From: Vulcanimicrobiota bacterium
Lineage (GTDB): Bacteria > Vulcanimicrobiota > Vulcanimicrobiia > Vulcanimicrobiales > Vulcanimicrobiaceae
Direction of reading: 5' to 3'
DNA: 19,759 nt
NCBI GenBank assembly: GCA_003133025.1
Contig: PKZK01000126.1
Location: forward strand, 1-19,759
Shown here: positions 9,193-17,125 of the stretch, one piece after another
Layout of the letters: each line of letters begins with the position of its first letter
Numbering within the stretch: the first letter of the stretch is position 1
The notes under the pieces: model-generated
The model's input: the letters and a program-made list of their open reading frames with translations, nothing else
What the model was told of the DNA's origin: nothing
Databases searched by the model: none
Position numbers and translations under genes: made by a program

Positions 9193-10616
9193 GAGGAATG
9201 CTCCGGGAAGACTCGCGGCGCCGGGAAGGGCGCTAGCCCTTCGATGCGGGCCGCCAGCCGGCGCGCGCGTTCGGGCGCATCGCCGATGTGATCGGTGGGG
9301 TCGAGCAGCGCACGGATCTCGGCCGGATCGAGCAGCGCGGTGAGGCGTTCGTCGTCGACCAGGATGTGCACGAGGGGATTGGCGTCGCCTTCCGCGACGC
9401 TGCGGTGCGCGAGCATCGCGGCATCGCGCAACGCTTCGTGCAGCACTTGGCGGTTGCCGCCGGCCTTCACCGCTTCCATCAACACCGCCTCGCTGCCCGC
9501 GAAGGGTCCGAAGGTGCGCAGGTTGGTCGTGATGCGGCGTTCGTCCAAGCGCAAACCTTCGACGATGCGCCGGGCCAAGCCCAGGATCTCGTCGGTGCAG
9601 AGAAAGGCTTCGGGCAAGATCGTGCGCCGATTCGCGCTATCGTCGAGCGTGCGCTCGAGCATGTTGGTCGCGGCGTTCTGCCAGGCCACGTCGGCGTATC
9701 CCGGCAAGAGCCGCGCCAGCGAATCGATGCGCTCGGCCATCACCGGATTGCGTTTGAAGGGCATCGCCGAACTGCCCACCTGCTTCGAGCCGAACGGTTC
9801 GAACATCTCGCCGAAACCCGGCGACGACAAGACGCGCACGTCGGCGGCAAACTTCGAGAGCGACGCGCCCAGCCCGGCCAGCGCCGAGAGCGCGAGGTAA
9901 TCGAACTTGCGCGGGTAGGTCTGCGCGCTGACGTCGCCCGCCTCGAGGTCGAAGTGCGCGAGCACCTCTTCTTCTTGCGCTCGTGCCGTGCGGCCGCTGC
10001 CCGCGAGCAGACGCGTGTATGAAGCCGACGTGCCCACCGCGCCGCGAATGCCTTTGGCGCGCAACGCTGCGTATACCGAACGCAGTTGCGCTTCGTCGCT
10101 CAGCACGTCTTGCGCGTAGAGCGCGAGGCGGTAGCCCACGGTCGTCGGCTCGGCGGGCTGCAGGTGCGTGTAACCCATGCACACGAGGTCGGCGTATTGC
10201 GTAATCTTCGCACCGAACGCGCGCAACAGCGCGTGCACGCTCTCGCCCAGCATCGCAAGCGCGCGGCGCATGCGATACAGTTCGACCGTATCCTCGACGT
10301 CCATCGAGGTCGCGCCGAGATGGATCTTGCCGCCGCCGCGCGTGGCCTGCGAAGCGAAGACGCGAATCTCGGCCATCAGGTCGTGACCGATCTCGTGCTC
10401 GATGCGCAGCGCCGCTTCGATGTCGATGCCCTCGGCATTGCGCCGGATGTCGTCGAGCTCTTCCACCGAGACCAGGCCGCTGCGCTGCTGCGATTCCGCA
10501 AGCGCGACCCAGACCGCACGCCACAAGAGGCGCCGCTGCCGTTCGGAGAACAACTCGCGCATCTCCGCGCGCCCGTATCTCCAAGAAAACGGCGAAGCGT
10601 AGGTCGCGTATTCCAT
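9189..10616 (-). CDS. purB: Adenylosuccinate lyase
   Basis: SPFSWRY, HDLMA, IHLGATS, GYTHLQPAEPTT, GAVGT, QTYPRK, the GSSAMPFKRNP fumarate-lyase signature and ERTLDDSANRR. Confidence 0.97.
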   Translation of the reverse strand: MEYATYASPFSWRYGRAEMRELFSERQRRLLWRAVWVALAESQQRSGLVSVEELDDIRRNAEGIDIEAALRIEHEIGHDLMAEIRVFASQATRGGGKIHLGATSMDVEDTVELYRMRRALAMLGESVHALLRAFGAKITQYADLVCMGYTHLQPAEPTTVGYRLALYAQDVLSDEAQLRSVYAALRAKGIRGAVGTSASYTRLLAGSGRTARAQEEEVLAHFDLEAGDVSAQTYPRKFDYLALSALAGLGASLSKFAADVRVLSSPGFGEMFEPFGSKQVGSSAMPFKRNPVMAERIDSLARLLPGYADVAWQNAATNMLERTLDDSANRRTILPEAFLCTDEILGLARRIVEGLRLDERRITTNLRTFGPFAGSEAVLMEAVKAGGNRQVLHEALRDAAMLAHRSVAEGDANPLVHILVDDERLTALLDPAEIRALLDPTDHIGDAPERARRLAARIEGLAPFPAPRVFPEHSS

Positions 10617-10663
10617 TCCTAACGGCGGGTTCGCCCCACGTTCGCGGCGCGCCTGGCACGATG

Positions 10664-10690
10664 CAAAAGAGCCGGGCAGATGCCCGGCTC
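10664..10690 (-). terminator. Rho-independent terminator downstream of the lipoprotein gene
   Basis: Minus strand reads GAGCCGGGCA-TC-TGCCCGGCTC-TTTTG: a perfect GC-rich inverted repeat at 10669-10690 followed by a T-run, about 30 nt after the stop at 10722. Confidence 0.8.
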
Positions 10691-10721
10691 CCGTGTGCGA
10701 AAAGTCGCTCTCGCGCGAACG

Positions 10722-11600
10722 TTACTGGTAGGCGTACATGTAGGTGAGGTAGGGCGTTGCCAATTGCAGCGGCGAGGTGGCCTTACCGTAGTTGAAGACC
10801 ACGAACACGGTCGGATCGATCGGCGTGAACCCGCCGGCCGCGCCCGGAACGATCTCGTTGGGACCTTGCGAATTCTTGTTGGTACCATACCCGGTCGGTC
10901 CGCCGTTGAGCGGGCAAACCAGCGTGCTCCAAAGCGGCTCGGGCTGCAGCGGACCCGCCGGATAGATCGTGCAGGGGCTCCGCACGTCGTACGTTGCGGC
11001 GAGCGCGCCCGTGTAGGTCGCGGTAGCGCCGCTACCCGCGAGTTCGACCGCAACCGAACTCGGCGTGATCAGGCTGGCGACTTCCGGCCAACCGACGTGC
11101 AACACGATCGCGGTGTAGTTGAAGCTGTACCCGGCGTTCCGATAGGTCAGGTTCGGCTCCGGGTTCGTCAGCTTGATGATGACCTGCGTGCTGCTGCTGC
11201 CCGAGAGAAAGAAATACTGGTACCCGAAGTCGCCGAGGCCGTCGTACGAGGGTTCCGGCGGAGCGCAAGGGGGAACCGTCGTCCAACCGATCTGCGGCCC
11301 GACGACCGTATCGTTGCCGGTGGGCGAACCCGTGCCTTGCGTATCGACGACGACCGCGTTCCAACCCGTCCAGGCGGTGCCGTTACCGGCATCATTGAGG
11401 AGCGCGTTACCGTTGTCGAGGATGTACGGCGGCAGCGTGCACGTTGACAACGCGACGCCGGTCCCGCCCGGGGCCGGACCACCGCCGCCGCTGCCTTGAA
11501 TGCCGCCGCTCGAAAGCGGCGTGCCGTTTCCGGCGCATCCGGCGAGTGCGGCGCCGACGATCCCCGCGAGTGCGAGGCGAGCGATGAGACTGCGCATCAA
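10722..11600 (-). CDS. Hypothetical lipoprotein
   Basis: GAGGAG RBS before TTG 11600/ATG 11597. Signal MRSLIARLALAGIVGAALAG|C with lipobox LAGC, then a Gly-rich linker and a Thr/Gly/Pro/Tyr-rich mature domain with 4 further Cys. Confidence 0.82.
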   Translation of the reverse strand: MMRSLIARLALAGIVGAALAGCAGNGTPLSSGGIQGSGGGGPAPGGTGVALSTCTLPPYILDNGNALLNDAGNGTAWTGWNAVVVDTQGTGSPTGNDTVVGPQIGWTTVPPCAPPEPSYDGLGDFGYQYFFLSGSSSTQVIIKLTNPEPNLTYRNAGYSFNYTAIVLHVGWPEVASLITPSSVAVELAGSGATATYTGALAATYDVRSPCTIYPAGPLQPEPLWSTLVCPLNGGPTGYGTNKNSQGPNEIVPGAAGGFTPIDPTVFVVFNYGKATSPLQLATPYLTYMYAYQ

Positions 11601-11702
11601 AGAGAACTCCTCAAAGTTCCGTTGCGGTGAGCCAACGCGAACAGAGCCCGGAGGCTAGGCCGCGATTGACGCGCACTTGCGCGCCCCGTTCGGGCAATCC
11701 TG

Positions 11703-12683
11703 TCAGTGCTGCCGAGGCCTGCCGGCCCATCCCGCGACGGCTGCGGTCTCGACGACGAGCCGCGGATCGTCCGCGCGACCGGTCACGATTGCGGCGAATC
11801 CCTGCACCGCGCGCTCGAAGCCCGCACGCGCGCGCCGCTCGCCCAAGCGCCGGGCCAAGGGCACGAGATCGCGTTCGCGCCAACGCGCCTTGGCCGGAAG
11901 GGTGCCGCCCGGCCGCGCCAGTTCCCAAACCAGCGCGTACTCTTGTGCCAGCGCCGCGAGCAGCGGAATCGCCGCACCGCGCGGGTCGGTGGAGAACAGT
12001 TCGTGCGCGAGGCCGAGCGCGTCGGCCGTGCGTCCCGCCACGGCCGCCGTCGCAAACTGATAGGCCTTCACGTCGACGCTGCTCAGGCTTTCGCGCTGCA
12101 CGTCGTCGAGCGTGATCCGTTTCCCGCCCAACGCCAACTTTTCGAGATCGGTGCGCGTCGCGCCGAGATCGGCATCGGCCTTGATCAACGCCTCGAGCGC
12201 CGCGGGCTCCGCGGTCGCGCCGAGCGCCGCGAGCGTCTCGCCGATGAAGCGCTCGCGCACCGCAGGCGTGGCGGTCGTGTCGATGCGCAACACCTCGCGG
12301 CCGAGCAATTTCGCCAACGGCTCCGGGCGCTTCGAGGCCGGCGACACGAGGTCTTCGATGACCAGCGTGTTGCCCTCGGGTACGTGCGCCGCCGCCGCGA
12401 GCAATTTGCGCCGCGGCTCCGCGCGCAGATCGTGCGCGCCGCGCACCACCACCACCCGCGCCAAACCCAGAAAGGGCAACGCGGCCACGGCGGCCTCGAC
12501 GCGCGAAAACGAATCGAGTTCGCTCGCCGTCATGCGCTCCAAATTCAGGTCGCGCTCGGCCGGGTCGAGCCGGCGTTCCACGATCGCTTCGAGCGCGCGC
12601 TCCGCGAAGAGCCGCTCCACGCCTTCGATCACCACGAGTTTGCCGATCGGCGGCGACTTATCGATGAAGTCGTAGAATCTCAG
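11703..12683 (-). CDS. holA: DNA polymerase III delta subunit
   Basis: VVIEG, DLNLE, A.ALPFLG..RVVVVR, DL.....DLEKLAL and ITLDDV fit the HolA pattern. The frame extends from GTG 12635 to CTG 12683 ([15 protein letters not shown]), bounded by an in-frame TGA. Confidence 0.85.
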   Translation of the reverse strand: MRFYDFIDKSPPIGKLVVIEGVERLFAERALEAIVERRLDPAERDLNLERMTASELDSFSRVEAAVAALPFLGLARVVVVRGAHDLRAEPRRKLLAAAAHVPEGNTLVIEDLVSPASKRPEPLAKLLGREVLRIDTTATPAVRERFIGETLAALGATAEPAALEALIKADADLGATRTDLEKLALGGKRITLDDVQRESLSSVDVKAYQFATAAVAGRTADALGLAHELFSTDPRGAAIPLLAALAQEYALVWELARPGGTLPAKARWRERDLVPLARRLGERRARAGFERAVQGFAAIVTGRADDPRLVVETAAVAGWAGRPRQH

Positions 12684-13566
12684 CGCGCGTCACCCGCGGC
12701 GCGCAGCCGTTCGAGCAGGCCGAGCGCCGGCCGCGTTGCGAGATCCGGCAGCGACTCGAGGTAGGGCGGCCGCAGCACGCCGTATTCCGTAATGATGCCG
12801 GCGATCAGATGGCCCGGCGTCACGTCGAAGGCGGGNNNNNNNNNNNNGCGATGGCCACCGCATACGTGCCGATCTTGTTGGCGGTATCGCCGTTGCGTGC
12901 GATGCGGTCGGCGCCGACGATGGCCGCCTGGACGTTCTTGGCGCGCATCGTGGCCGCCGCCGCGCCGTCGACGATCAGCGTTGCGGGCACGCCCGCCGCC
13001 GCGAGTTCGAAGGTGGTCAACCGCGCGCCCTGCAACAGCGGCCGCGTCTCGTCGACGAATACGTGCACGCGTTTGCCGCGCCGGTGCGCCGCGACGATCA
13101 CGCCCAGCGCCGTGCCGTCGGCGCCGGTCGCGAGCGGACCCGTGTTGCAATGCGTCAACACCGAGCCGTCGTCGGGCATGAGCGCCGCGCCGAACTCGCA
13201 CAGCGCGCGATCGACCGCGCGTTGCTCTGCATGGATCGCGAGCGCTTCGTCGAGATAGGCGCCGCCCTCAGCGGCGAGCACGCGGTCCACGGCCCAGGCT
13301 AAATTGACCGCCGTCGGGCGCGCTTCGCGGATGCGCGCGGCCGCCGCCGCAAAGTCGTCGCCGTCGCCGTGCAGCGCGTGCGCCAGCGCGACGCCGTAAG
13401 CGCCGAAAGCCCCGATGCACGGCGCGCCGCGCACCGCCAACGTCGCGATGGCCGCGACCACGCCGTCGACGTCGACGGCCCGTTCGCGCACCAGGTCGTG
13501 GGGCAACACACGCTGGTCGACGTAGCCGACCGCGTCACCGTCCCACCAAACAGCCTCGAAGCTCAT
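12680..13566 (-). CDS. mtnA: S-methyl-5-thioribose-1-phosphate isomerase; interrupted by N-gap 12836-12847
   Basis: [45 protein letters not shown] and [19 protein letters not shown]. After the gap: [19 protein letters not shown]. Alternative GTG start at 13584. Confidence 0.95.
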
Positions 13567-13622
13567 CGGCGCGGGAGTTCGCACGGAGTGCGCCCCGCGC
13601 CTGGAAGCGTCGGGAGGTTAGT

Positions 13623-13907
13623 TCAGACCCTTGCCGGCGCGTGCAGCGCGAAGCACGCGCGGCAGTAGACGGGCCGATCGCCGCGCGGCTTGAACGGCAC
13701 CGTCGTCGGCGTCGCGCACTGGGCGCAGACGGCTTCGTACATGTCGCGTTCGGCCGAAGACGACCGCTGCGTCTTGCGCGCGCCGCGGCATTCGCGGCAC
13801 CGCTGCGGTTCGTTTTCAAAGCCTTTTTCGGCGTAGAATTGCTGATCGCGAACCGAAAAAACGAACTGCCCGCCGCAGTCCTTACAGATGAGGGTCTTGT
13901 CTTGCAC
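13623..13907 (-). CDS. Small double zinc-ribbon protein (zinc-ribbon plus CxxC-x17-CxxC domain)
   Basis: GTG 13907 with GGAGG 8 nt upstream. QDKTLICKDCG..FVF...DQ.FY.EKGF.NEP.RC.EC followed by C..C..P..VPF.P...RPVYC..CF. Confidence 0.9.
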   Translation of the reverse strand: MQDKTLICKDCGGQFVFSVRDQQFYAEKGFENEPQRCRECRGARKTQRSSSAERDMYEAVCAQCATPTTVPFKPRGDRPVYCRACFALHAPARV

Positions 13908-13994
13908 TTCCTGGGCCTCCGGGTACCGCACCGACCGGCAGGGCCGCCGGGAGATGCGAAAACAGACGGCGGACAAAGCGCCGTCATGCCCCCG

Positions 13995-14023
13995 AGTATA
14001 GGCCAAGTCGTGCCAAAGGGCAA
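13995..14023 (-). promoter_or_regulatory. Putative sigma70 promoter for the zinc-ribbon/mtnA/holA unit
   Basis: Minus strand TTGCCC (14023-14018), 17-nt spacer, TATACT (14000-13995). Confidence 0.65.
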
Positions 14024-14054
14024 GCGACAGTTTTGGGCCCGGACCGTGGCCCGT

Positions 14055-14522
14055 TTAGCCGACGGCGAGCACCGCCAGCGCGGCCAATGCGGCCTCGTAG
14101 CCCTTGTCGCCCTTCGCCGGGTCGGCGCGTTCTTCGGCCTGGGCCAGCGTGTCGGTGGTCAACACGCCGAAGCCGATCGGAATGCCCGTGGCCAACTGCA
14201 CGTCCATGATGCCGCGCGCGCATTCGCCCGCCACGAAATCGAAGTGCGGCGTCTCGCCCTGGATGACGACGCCCAAGGCCACGATCGCGTCGTAATGGCC
14301 GCGATCGATCAGCCGCCTTGCCGCGAGCGGCAGCTCGAAGCAACCGTGCACGCGGGCGAGGCCCACGTGTTGGACCGCCACGCCGCACTCGGCGAGCGCG
14401 CGCCGTGCGCCGTCCTCGAGCCAGTCCGACAGCCAGGGATAGAATCTCGCGCTCACGATGCAGACGCGCTTACCGCGCCCGTCGGGTAGCGCTCCCGGCT
14501 CCCGTGCAGCCCGCGGCTTCAC
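14055..14522 (-). CDS. ribH: 6,7-dimethyl-8-ribityllumazine synthase
   Basis: IVSARF, VHGCFELP, DAIVALGVVIQGETPHFDFVA, GIPIGFGVLT, QAEERA and KGYEAA. GTGA overlap with ribBA. Confidence 0.96.
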   Translation of the reverse strand: MKPRAAREPGALPDGRGKRVCIVSARFYPWLSDWLEDGARRALAECGVAVQHVGLARVHGCFELPLAARRLIDRGHYDAIVALGVVIQGETPHFDFVAGECARGIMDVQLATGIPIGFGVLTTDTLAQAEERADPAKGDKGYEAALAALAVLAVG

Positions 14523-15928
14523 GATGCCGCCTCGAACAGATGACCCATCTTCTCCCGTTTCGTGTCCATGTAGCGCGCGTTGTGCGGATTGGGTGAGATC
14601 TCGAGCGGCACCCGGCCCACGATGGCTAAGCCGTATCCCTCGAGGCCCACGATCTTCCGCGGGTTATTGGTAATCAGGCGCATTTCGCGCACGCCTAAAT
14701 CGACCAGGATCTGCGATCCGATCCCGTAGTCCCGTTTGTCGGCGGGCAGGCCCAACGCCAGATTCGCCTCAACGGTGTCCGCGCCGCGATCTTGCAACGC
14801 GTACGCCCGGAGCTTGTTGGCCAATCCGATGCCGCGGCCTTCCTGGTGTAAATAGAGGAAAACGCCGCGGCCTTCGCGCGCGATCAATTCCAGGGCCGCG
14901 TCGCGCTGGGCCGCGCAGTCGCAGCGCAGGGAGTGCAGCGCGTCGCCGGTCAGGCACTCCGAGTGCACCCGCACCAGGATGTCCTTGCCGTCGCCGATCT
15001 CGCCCATCACCATGGCCACGTGGGCCACGTCGTCGAGCGCGGTCTCGTAGGCCACGCCGCGGAAGTCGCCGTGCAGCGTGGGCAAGTCGAACTCGGCGAT
15101 CCGCTGGATCAGCTTCTCGGTGCGCATCCGGTAAGCGATCAAGTCCTTAACCGTTACCAACTTGAGCCCGTGGCGCTTGGCGAACTGGCGCAGCTTGGGC
15201 AGACGCATCATCGTGCCGTCCTCGTCCATGATCTCCACGATGACGCCCGCCGGATAGAAGCCCGCCAGCCGCGCCAGGTCGACCGCCGCCTCGGTCTGAC
15301 CCGCGCGCACCAGCACGCCGCCGTCGCGCGCGCGCAGCGGAAAGGTGTGCCCGGGGCGCAGGAAGTCGGAGGGCCTGGCGTTGGGGTCGAGCATCGCGTT
15401 GACCGTGGCCGCGCGGTCCTGCGCGGAGATGCCGGTCGTCGTGCGCCCGCGCGCTTCGACCGAGACGGTGAAGGCCGTCTCGTGCAGGGCGGTGTTCTCG
15501 TCGACCATGAGCGGGATCTGGAGTTCGTCCAGGCGCTTGCCGATGATCGGCACGCAGATCAGCCCGCCCGCCTCGCGGCGCATGAAGTTGATCGCCTCGG
15601 GCGTGACCATCTGGGCGGCCATCACCAAGTCGCCCTCGTTCTCGCGATCCTCGTCGTCGAGCACGATGACCATCTTGCCGGCCCTGATGTCGGCGATGGC
15701 GTCCTCGATCGCGTCGACGCAGCGCTCGCGCCCGTCGCCGAGCCCGGTGGCCAGCTCGGGTAGCGCCTTGGCCAGTGCCTTCATCGAGCGGAACGAGGGG
15801 CTGCGCCGCCCCGAACGCAGCAGCGAAATCGCCGCTTCGGTCAGTCCCGTTCGAGCGGCCAATTCGGCGGCGCTCAACCCGGCACGCTCCATGGCCGACT
15901 GCAGGCTCTCACCAAAGGTCGCGTTCAC
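14519..15928 (-). CDS. ribBA: Bifunctional DHBP synthase/GTP cyclohydrolase II with an N-terminal XRE-type HTH domain
   Basis: DDEDRENEGDL, FTVSVE, TTGISAQDR, RPGH.FPL and RAGQTEA (RibB). RVHSECLTGD, RCDC, QEGRGIGL and TNNP (RibA). About 60 extra N-terminal residues are HTH-like. GGGGAG RBS before GTG 15928. Confidence 0.95.
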   Translation of the reverse strand: MNATFGESLQSAMERAGLSAAELAARTGLTEAAISLLRSGRRSPSFRSMKALAKALPELATGLGDGRERCVDAIEDAIADIRAGKMVIVLDDEDRENEGDLVMAAQMVTPEAINFMRREAGGLICVPIIGKRLDELQIPLMVDENTALHETAFTVSVEARGRTTTGISAQDRAATVNAMLDPNARPSDFLRPGHTFPLRARDGGVLVRAGQTEAAVDLARLAGFYPAGVIVEIMDEDGTMMRLPKLRQFAKRHGLKLVTVKDLIAYRMRTEKLIQRIAEFDLPTLHGDFRGVAYETALDDVAHVAMVMGEIGDGKDILVRVHSECLTGDALHSLRCDCAAQRDAALELIAREGRGVFLYLHQEGRGIGLANKLRAYALQDRGADTVEANLALGLPADKRDYGIGSQILVDLGVREMRLITNNPRKIVGLEGYGLAIVGRVPLEISPNPHNARYMDTKREKMGHLFEAAS

Positions 15929-15945
15929 AGGCTTCTCCCCACGTG

Positions 15946-15988
15946 TTTACAAACGTAAATCCCTAGTTCCCGGATTTACGTTTGATAA
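15946..15988. promoter_or_regulatory. Two operator-like 14-bp palindromes forming a 13-bp inverted repeat upstream of HTH-ribBA
   Basis: TTTAC-AAAC-GTAAA (15946-15959) and TTTAC-GTTT-GATAA (15975-15988). CAAACGTAAATCC (15950-15962) is the exact reverse complement of GGATTTACGTTTG (15972-15984). AT-rich island in GC-rich DNA. Confidence 0.65.
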
Positions 15989-16068
15989 GACCGTCGAACG
16001 TCCCGTTTCGTTTCCAAGGCACGCACGAGGCGAACCGGCGCCACCGACGGCCGGCCCTCAGCCGGCCG

Positions 16069-16485
16069 TCAGTCTGCTGAGACCTTGCTCCGCAAGGCGT
16101 CCGCCAGTTCGGCCGGCAGCGAAACCGAGCGGTTTCCCGTGTCGACGCACGAGGCGACGAGGGTTAACGCCGCCGTCTGAGCATTGTCCGATTCGCGCAG
16201 CACGTCGACCTTGAAGCGCACCGAATGCGCGCCGACGCCCGCCACCCGCGTGCGCAACGTCAGCACGTCGTCGACGGCAGCGGGCCGGAAGAAATCGAAC
16301 TCGAGGTGGACGTGACGCAACTGGACGCCCAAGCGCCGGAACGCGGAATCGTCGAAACCGATCGCGCGCAGCGTCTCGTGTTCCGCTGCCTCCATCAAGC
16401 GCGCGTAGGCCGCGAAGTTGACCGTACCGGACCCGCCGACGTCGGAACGCCTCACGCGTTCGTTCACTTCCCACTCATATTTCAT
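16069..16485 (-). CDS. Hotdog-fold acyl-CoA thioesterase family protein (4HBT/YbgC-like)
   Basis: ATG 16485 overlaps the end of the riboflavin synthase gene. VRRSDV..SG.VNFAAYARLME, ..DF.RPA..DD.L, VG..SV.F and LP.EL...L; 138 aa. Confidence 0.85.
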   Translation of the reverse strand: MKYEWEVNERVRRSDVGGSGTVNFAAYARLMEAAEHETLRAIGFDDSAFRRLGVQLRHVHLEFDFFRPAAVDDVLTLRTRVAGVGAHSVRFKVDVLRESDNAQTAALTLVASCVDTGNRSVSLPAELADALRSKVSAD

Positions 16486-17122
16486 AGGCCCAGGCGAGTT
16501 CGTCGCTGCTCGCGTCGCTCCCGCGAGCATACGCCGCAGCCGCGCCGAGGGCATATCGGGCCACCGGATCGATTTCGAGGTTGACCCGGTCGCCGGGACC
16601 CTTGAAGCCGAAGGTCGTGCGCGCCGAGGTTTCGGGAATGAGCGCGATCTCGAACCGGCCGGCGGCGACGGCCGCAACGGTGAGGCTCACGCCGTCGAGC
16701 GCGATGTAGCCTTTCTCCACGATGTACGCTTCCAGGCCCGCGGGCAGATCCAGCGCGAGGCGGTGTCCCTGACCTTCGGGCACCCGCGAGATGATCGGCG
16801 TCGTCGCGTCGACGTGCCCATACACGAAGTGCCCACCCAGCCGGTCGCCCAGCCGCAGCGAGAGTTCGAGGTTTACCCGGCCGTTGAGGTGCAGGCTGCC
16901 CAGCGTCGAGCGCGCGAGCGTCTCGGGCACCACGTCGAAGCGCACGATCGAGGCGTCGTGCTCCACGACCGTCAGGCAGACGCCGTCGATCGCGATCGAG
17001 TCCTTGTCGTCCACGCCTTCGGCGATCGCCCGCGGCGCCTCGATGCCCAGCCGCACGCCGCCGCGCGGGTCGCGCGCGAACTCGGCCACGCGCCCCGCGT
17101 GCGCGATCAAACCCCCGAACAT
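16475..17122 (-). CDS. ribE: Riboflavin synthase (alpha chain)
   Basis: MFGGLI start, DSIAIDGVCLTV, ETL..STLG, VNLE, RLGGHFVYGHVD, KGYIALDGVSLTV, LIPET and VNLEID. Confidence 0.96.
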   Translation of the reverse strand: MFGGLIAHAGRVAEFARDPRGGVRLGIEAPRAIAEGVDDKDSIAIDGVCLTVVEHDASIVRFDVVPETLARSTLGSLHLNGRVNLELSLRLGDRLGGHFVYGHVDATTPIISRVPEGQGHRLALDLPAGLEAYIVEKGYIALDGVSLTVAAVAAGRFEIALIPETSARTTFGFKGPGDRVNLEIDPVARYALGAAAAYARGSDASSDELAWAYEI

Positions 17123-17125
17123 CGT

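Noticed and set aside
10617..10721. ZTP or purine riboswitch upstream of purB
   Set aside because: The conserved aptamer elements are not visible. The hairpin is adequately explained as the lipoprotein gene terminator.
12836..12847. Truncated mtnA
   Set aside because: The N-gap removes an internal segment, and the conserved C-terminus resumes after it.
13535..13987. Leaderless ORF starting at ATG 13987, 7 nt after the -10 box
   Set aside because: It overlaps the zinc-ribbon gene out of frame and encodes low-complexity Arg/Ser/Ala-rich sequence, so it is likely spurious.
14001..14017. Sigma54 promoter (TTGGCACG...)
   Set aside because: The GG-to-GC spacing is 9 rather than 10 and the -12 TTGC is absent. 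The sigma70 reading fits better.
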